A stretch of DNA of 64,000 nucleotides from an uncultured Phascolarctobacterium sp. (GTDB lineage Bacteria; Bacillota; Negativicutes; Acidaminococcales; Acidaminococcaceae): contig CASFJU010000004.1 of the NCBI GenBank assembly GCA_949295115.1, positions 120,153 to 184,152 on the forward strand, given 5' to 3'. Below are positions 59,010 through 64,000 of the stretch, piece after piece (position 1 is the first letter of the stretch; every line of letters starts with the position of its first letter). The translations under genes and the position numbers were made by a program. The notes under the pieces were generated by a model. That model did not search any database. It saw only the letters and a list, made by a program, of their open reading frames with translations, and had not been told where the DNA came from.

Positions 59010-59276
59010 ATGGGGTTAGAAAAAGCTATTGCCCATGGTAAAGAGCACCGTAAACCTTATCATGATTCAAGGGCTATCGCAGGAGAATGCAGAAATCACG
59101 GCGGCTGCCCATACTGCACCGGCAATAGATTGTATAGTTTTGAAAAACAAAAACAATCAGCTATTCAAAAGCTAAAAGAATATTACTCAAATGACGGGCA
59201 AAATTTCAGCAATGATAAAATGCCCGTTATTTTTTATTCCAGAAACGATAAAATCATCTTAAAAAGTGCTGTTTAA
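59010..59276 (+). CDS. Small basic hypothetical protein with CxxHxxCxxC motif
   Basis: AAGGAG RBS; GKEHRKPY...CRNHGGCPYC. Confidence 0.65.
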   Translation: MGLEKAIAHGKEHRKPYHDSRAIAGECRNHGGCPYCTGNRLYSFEKQKQSAIQKLKEYYSNDGQNFSNDKMPVIFYSRNDKIILKSAV

Positions 59277-59448
59277 GGCTTTAAAAAAATGAGTGGCATA
59301 TAAATGTTCGCGATTTAACATAAAATGTTTTTAAAGGCATTTATGACGATTTTAGAGGCAAGTTAAGTGAACTCTATTATCCTATGAAAATATTAGCTTT
59401 TCAAAAATTAAACATATATGACTTATTGAACAGATTGAACATATAAGA

Positions 59449-59483
59449 AAAACCGCGAAGCAACTTAAACTTCGCGGTTTTAG
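59449..59483. terminator. Terminator of the ATPase gene
   Basis: AAAACCGCGAAG/CTTCGCGGTTTT hairpin. Confidence 0.7.
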
Positions 59484-59498
59484 TATAAATAAAAAATG

Positions 59499-60821
59499 TT
59501 AATTATTTTCTAACAGCCAATCAATTATGTTTAATGATTTAATGCCATTATAATCAGCGTCGTTGTTTAAATCCATAGATAGCACAATCTTTTCGTAATT
59601 ATCACGTATTTTCTGCAACGGTGCTAATTCACGCTTGCGTACTTCTTCTCCTTGCAAGCTTTCCGTTACCTGAATATACAATTTTTCGTTATATTTTGTT
59701 GCTATAAAATCAACTTCGGTATTATCAACCTTGCCAACGGCTAAATCGTAACCACGCCGCAAAAGTTCAAGGTAAATAACATTTTCTAAAATGTGTCCTC
59801 TATCACGGTCGCGGTTGCCAAGCAAATAGGTTCTAAGCCCAGTATCGACAATATAATATTTGCCAAGGGTTCTTAAAAATTCTTTGCCTTTTATATCAAA
59901 TCGTTTAATTTCATAAAAAAAGTAACTTTCAGTTAAAGTGTTTACATAAGACTGGACAGTATGCGTACTGGGCTTGCCTTTACGTGTTTCTATATCTATT
60001 AATCCTTCATTGCTAAGCGTACCTGCCATTGATGTAGCAGAAATACTGCTGCCAATATTATCTGCAAGGAAAAGGATTATTTTACGTAATAACGCAGCAT
60101 CAGTAATACGTTTTTGACCCCTGCGCTTTTCCCTTTCCAGTATATCTCTTATTACTACTGTTGAATAAATTCCGTCCAATAGTGCCATAGCCTTGTCCAT
60201 TTCAAGACCTATATCGGCAATGCCAGGCATACCGCCAAAAAGCAAGTAAGCATTAAAGGCTTCTGCCGGTTCATAACTAATACCGTTTTTGTCTTTAATA
60301 ATTTTACGCTTGCCTCCAAAGGCACTGGTAGCTTCTTCTATCTTAAACTCGTGGAAATCAAGAAATTCTGCAAAAGAGAGCGGCAACATTTTAATTTCAA
60401 CGCTGCGTCCGGAAAGATATGTGGCATATTCTGACGATAGCAAATAGGCATTAGAACCGGTTATATAAATATCGCAGTCAAAATCAACACGGAAAGAATT
60501 AACAGCATCTTCCCAACCTTCTATGCGTTGAAGTTCATCAAAAAAGAGATACGAGCGTTTTTCTGTATTGATATGCTCTTTAACATAACTGTAAAACTCC
60601 TGCGCTGTCATATTCCTAAAAGCCATAGATTCAAAATTCATTGACAGTATTTGGTTATCTGCAACGCCTTGTTCCTGTAAATATTTAATCATCAGCTTTA
60701 GCAAACTGGATTTACCACAGCGGCGGATGCCGGTAATTATTTTTACAGGCTCTGTATCTTTAAAAGCGATCAATTTATTTAAATAACCGTTTCTTGATTT
60801 TAAAATTTGGTTGCTAATCAT
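59499..60821 (-). CDS. AAA_14 + DUF4143 ATP-binding protein
   Basis: ITGIRRCGKS Walker A, FFDELQ, ITGSN, LSGR, LENVIYLEL, EVDF, YIQV. Confidence 0.88.
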   Translation of the reverse strand: MISNQILKSRNGYLNKLIAFKDTEPVKIITGIRRCGKSSLLKLMIKYLQEQGVADNQILSMNFESMAFRNMTAQEFYSYVKEHINTEKRSYLFFDELQRIEGWEDAVNSFRVDFDCDIYITGSNAYLLSSEYATYLSGRSVEIKMLPLSFAEFLDFHEFKIEEATSAFGGKRKIIKDKNGISYEPAEAFNAYLLFGGMPGIADIGLEMDKAMALLDGIYSTVVIRDILEREKRRGQKRITDAALLRKIILFLADNIGSSISATSMAGTLSNEGLIDIETRKGKPSTHTVQSYVNTLTESYFFYEIKRFDIKGKEFLRTLGKYYIVDTGLRTYLLGNRDRDRGHILENVIYLELLRRGYDLAVGKVDNTEVDFIATKYNEKLYIQVTESLQGEEVRKRELAPLQKIRDNYEKIVLSMDLNNDADYNGIKSLNIIDWLLENN

Positions 60822-61095
60822 TTTTAACACCTGCCTTATGTAAATTATAGCACAAACTCTAAAAAAAACAAAGTTTATGCTATGAAATGCACAAACTTTT
60901 GAAATATTAACGAATTTGAATTGTTGAAAACATATGAAATTATAAACAAATAGTAAGACAAAATAGTGACTAATTCTAATTTAACTGCTTTGAAACATAA
61001 TAAAAAGTTTACACAAATTATGGTTTAAACTGATATTTTTATAATAAAAAAGTAAAATATTACACATGAATTATATAATTCTTTCATATTGAAAA

Positions 61096-61141
61096 TTCCC
61101 AAGCTATGTGTCGCGAGTTCGAGTCTCGTCACCCGCTCCAG
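61096..61141 (+). repeat. attR core (duplicated 3' half of tRNA-Gly)
   Basis: Identical to 43682-43727; followed by a hairpin and T-tract (61147-61180), probably the original tRNA terminator. Confidence 0.95.
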
Positions 61142-61359
61142 CATTTATGCTGCTTTCCGGATTTGGGAAGCGGCTTTTTTATTTGCTTTGGTGCTTGTCA
61201 GGTGCTTATTTTATAACAGAAGCACTACATACGCTATACCGGTATGGGTATTATATTTTATTAGCAAAAATATTTTAAATAATATCTATTTGCAATAAGT
61301 GCTAAAACAATGTATAATAATCAGGAAAGTTTAAACATTTATGCAAAGGAGCTGATTTT

Positions 61360-62325
61360 ATGAATGATACTTTAACTGTCTGCGGGCTGACGGTTGAGCG
61401 CGGCGCCAAGCTGCGCACGATGCTGCCCGTTCCCGGTACGGATATAGAAATTCCTTTGACAATCATTAACGGCGCACATGACGGAGCAACGCTTTTGGTA
61501 ACGGCAGGCATCCACGGCGGCGAATACCCCGGCATTGCCGCTGCCATGGAGCTGGGGCGCGAACTTGAGCCGCAGGATATCTGCGGCAGTCTGATTATGC
61601 TGCACCCGGTTAACATACAGGGCTTTTGGGCGCGCCGCGAATTTATTGTGCCGGAGGACGGTAAAAATTTAAACCGCGTATTCCCCGGCAATCCGCAGGG
61701 CACGCTGTCCGAAAAAATTGCGTATTTAATCAGCAGCGAGCTGTTACCGCTGGCGGATTTTTACGTGGACCTGCACAGCGGCGATATTCACGAAAGCCTG
61801 CACCCCTATGTTTATTACCCCGGCCAGCCGACGGAGGAACTAGCAGCCAAAGCGCGCAGCGTTGCCAAAGTGCTGAACGTGGAATATATGGTGCGTTCCA
61901 TGGCGACGGGCGGAGCTTACAACTACGCCGCTTCTACCGGGCTGCCTTCCATTTTGATCGAACGCGGCGGCGCAGGTCTGTGCCTGCACGAAGATATCGA
62001 AGAATACAAGTCTGATTTAAGGAATATCCTGCGCAAGCTGAAACTGCTGGACGAACCGGTTAAGCCGCGCCGCTACATTCCGCGCGACGTGACGGACATT
62101 ATTTACCTTGAAGCGATGGAAACAGGCTGCTGGCTGCACCACATCCACAGCGGCGATTTTGTGCACGAAGGTCAGATTTTAGGACGAACTACCGATTTGT
62201 TCGGCGAAACTCTTACGACCTATTACGCACAGCAGAGCGGCATTGTGCTGTATGTCTGCCCGGCGCTGGCCGCACCCAAAGGCACAGTGCTTTTAGCTTA
62301 CGGCAAAATCCATAACGACGATTAA
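61360..62325 (+). CDS. Succinylglutamate desuccinylase / aspartoacylase (M14) family protein
   Basis: AGIHGGEY, NLNRVFPG, VDLHSG, ERGG; C-terminal biotinyl-like domain. Confidence 0.88.
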   Translation: MNDTLTVCGLTVERGAKLRTMLPVPGTDIEIPLTIINGAHDGATLLVTAGIHGGEYPGIAAAMELGRELEPQDICGSLIMLHPVNIQGFWARREFIVPEDGKNLNRVFPGNPQGTLSEKIAYLISSELLPLADFYVDLHSGDIHESLHPYVYYPGQPTEELAAKARSVAKVLNVEYMVRSMATGGAYNYAASTGLPSILIERGGAGLCLHEDIEEYKSDLRNILRKLKLLDEPVKPRRYIPRDVTDIIYLEAMETGCWLHHIHSGDFVHEGQILGRTTDLFGETLTTYYAQQSGIVLYVCPALAAPKGTVLLAYGKIHNDD

Positions 62326-62376
62326 CTTATAAAGCAAAGAAGCAATCCTATAAGGATTGCTTCTTTTTTATTTTCC

Positions 62377-63510
62377 TTATTTAATTTTAATCAGCTCGTA
62401 GCTGCGGGTGCCCATGCCGATTTTTTCAGCATGTTCAAGGCAGGCTTTCCATTCGGATTCCGGCGTGATGTTGTGGAAATGGTCGTGTTTGGCTGCTTCT
62501 TCCGGGTCTTTGGCAATGTGCTCGCCCAGTACGGAATCGGCCACAGGCGTTGCTGCATTAACAAGGTCGGCGCAGGCCTGGTCCAGCGCAACCGGGTCGA
62601 AGGAAGCCAGCATGCCGATATCCGGCACAACCGGCGCATCGTTCTCGGCGTGGCAGTCGCAGTAAGGCGATACATCGACAATAAGGCTGATGTGGAAGTT
62701 CGGCCTGCCTGCCAGAATAGCCCATGCGTATTCAGCCATGCGTTTATTAAGGCGTTCACTGCTGCTGTATGCTTCCGGCGGGCAAACGGCATCCATCGGG
62801 CACGCGCCGATGCAGCGCCCACAGCCCACGCATTTATCCTGGTCGATATGCGCTTTTTTGTTTTCGATAACCGGTGCATTGTGCGCGCAGATTCTCTGGC
62901 AAGCTCCGCAACCAATGCACTTTTCGGTAATAACATGCGGTTTGCCGTCGTGGTGCATTTCCATCTTGCCTGCGCGGGAACCGCCGCCCATGCCGATATT
63001 TTTAATGGCACCGCCAAAGCCGGTCATTTCATGTCCTTTAAAATGGGTCAGGCTGATAATAATGTCGGCGTCCATCAGCGCCTTGCCTATTTTCGCTTCT
63101 TTAACCAGTTCACCGTTAGGCACCGGCACATACGCCTCATCCGTGCCCTTCAAGCCGTCAGCAATGATAACGTGGCAGCCGGTGGAAAAGGGGCTGAAGC
63201 CATTTTCGTAAGCAGAAGTGATATGTTCCAGCGCGTGTTTGCGGCGGCCAACGTACAAAGTGTTGCAGTCCGTCAAAAACGGCATGCCGCCAAGCTCCTT
63301 CACAACGTCCGCCACAGCCTTGGCGTAGTTGGGGCGCAAGTAAGAAACATTGCCCGATTCGCCAAAGTGAATTTTAATGGCGGCAAACTTTTTATTAAAA
63401 TCAATGTTGCCGATACCGGCAGCCTTAATCAGCTTAGCCAGCTTGCCGGGCAGGCTCAGTCCGCCGTAGCCGGTGCGCATGTCAGTAAAATAAACCTTTG
63501 CTTTCTCCAT
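62377..63510 (-). CDS. DUF362 domain protein with 2x[4Fe-4S] ferredoxin insert
   Basis: KIHFGESGN, THFKGH, CIGCGAC...C and CVGCGRCIGAC, SPYCDC, DPVALD. Confidence 0.88.
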   Translation of the reverse strand: MEKAKVYFTDMRTGYGGLSLPGKLAKLIKAAGIGNIDFNKKFAAIKIHFGESGNVSYLRPNYAKAVADVVKELGGMPFLTDCNTLYVGRRKHALEHITSAYENGFSPFSTGCHVIIADGLKGTDEAYVPVPNGELVKEAKIGKALMDADIIISLTHFKGHEMTGFGGAIKNIGMGGGSRAGKMEMHHDGKPHVITEKCIGCGACQRICAHNAPVIENKKAHIDQDKCVGCGRCIGACPMDAVCPPEAYSSSERLNKRMAEYAWAILAGRPNFHISLIVDVSPYCDCHAENDAPVVPDIGMLASFDPVALDQACADLVNAATPVADSVLGEHIAKDPEEAAKHDHFHNITPESEWKACLEHAEKIGMGTRSYELIKIK

Positions 63511-63578
63511 AAAATCATCCCTCCATGATTATGTAAAAGTAAATATTTGCTGTGCATGTGCTGCACTTATTAATTTAA

Positions 63579-64000
63579 TTATATCAGCCCCGGCAAAAAT
63601 ATGCCATCCTCGTAAACATCGGGCTTACCCAGATGGCGGCTTGGCACAAAGCTGCCGTGGCAGTCGCTGCCGCCGCTGATAAGCATGCCCTCCGTGCGGC
63701 AGTGCGTTAATAAAAGCTGCGTGTCCTGTTCGCTGTGTCCGGAATGGTAACATTCAAAACCGTCGAACGGTTCTTCAATCAGCTCCACCAAAGTCTGCGC
63801 CAGCCCCGGGCCGTGGAAGCTGCTTGCCGCATGGGCGCATAAAGCAACGCCGCCCGCGCCGTGGATAGCGTTAATAACTTCGCGGATAGTCGGAAAGGTC
63901 GGAAAGCCCAAATCATGTTCTTTGGTAAAAATGCGTTTAAAAAAGTCGTCAACGCCGGTGCATAAGCCCTTATCTATTAAATACGCCAGCGATTTCCAAC
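63579..64000 (-). CDS. PHP domain phosphoesterase (C-terminal part; 5' end outside window)
   Basis: LCAH, GFECYHSGH, SGGSDCHG; frame stays open to the window edge. Confidence 0.82.
   Translation of the reverse strand, partial: WKSLAYLIDKGLCTGVDDFFKRIFTKEHDLGFPTFPTIREVINAIHGAGGVALCAHAASSFHGPGLAQTLVELIEEPFDGFECYHSGHSEQDTQLLLTHCRTEGMLISGGSDCHGSFVPSRHLGKPDVYEDGIFLPGLI

Larger units (their letters stand above)
43682..61141. mobile_element. 17.4-kb integrative mobilisable element in tRNA-Gly(CCC) carrying a Type I RM locus
   Basis: att direct repeats, sharp drop in GC, int/xis, MobC and relaxase; no T4SS or phage structural genes. Confidence 0.92.

Noticed and set aside
43682-61141. Island read as a prophage or self-transmissible ICE
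   Set aside because: No capsid, terminase, tail or lysis genes, and no VirB4 or coupling protein
61089-61298. 69-aa ORF across attR
   Set aside because: It translates the tRNA duplication and terminator; no RBS or protein-like features

Overview
Chromosomal window from a diderm Firmicute. Negativicutes, probably Acidaminococcaceae/Phascolarctobacterium-like, is an inference from the Firmicute yybS-gdpP-rplI-dnaB block occurring together with an outer-membrane FadL-type porin. About 1-43.6 kb and 61.2-64 kb are GC-rich housekeeping and metabolic genes: ppk1 with two divergent ppx paralogues, dnaB, rplI, gdpP, gluQ, tandem GlcD-like oxidoreductases, ornithine decarboxylase, serS, a Lys-Glu-Val-Asp tRNA cluster, mnmA, purA/purB and transporters. 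A 17.4-kb AT-rich island is integrated in tRNA-Gly(CCC) and bounded by a perfect 46-bp direct repeat (43682-43727 and 61096-61141). It combines a phage-satellite-like switch and replicon (XRE repressor divergent from a replisome-organiser gene carrying internal inverted iteron-like repeats, then xis and int) with a conjugative mobilisation module (candidate oriT, MobC, MOBP relaxase). Its cargo is a Type I restriction-modification locus with four exchangeable specificity domains bounded by direct repeats that bracket hsdR, a second dedicated tyrosine recombinase, a Fic protein with an antitoxin-like tail, and an AAA/DUF4143 ATPase. Other oddities: a candidate ~100-nt sRNA, a truncated fifth tRNA, AT-rich patches inside two membrane-protein genes, and several frameshifting internal deletions (ppx, mnmA twice, hsdS twice) that may be gene decay or assembly artefacts. 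No CRISPR array or rRNA was seen. All family calls are by motif recognition, not database search.
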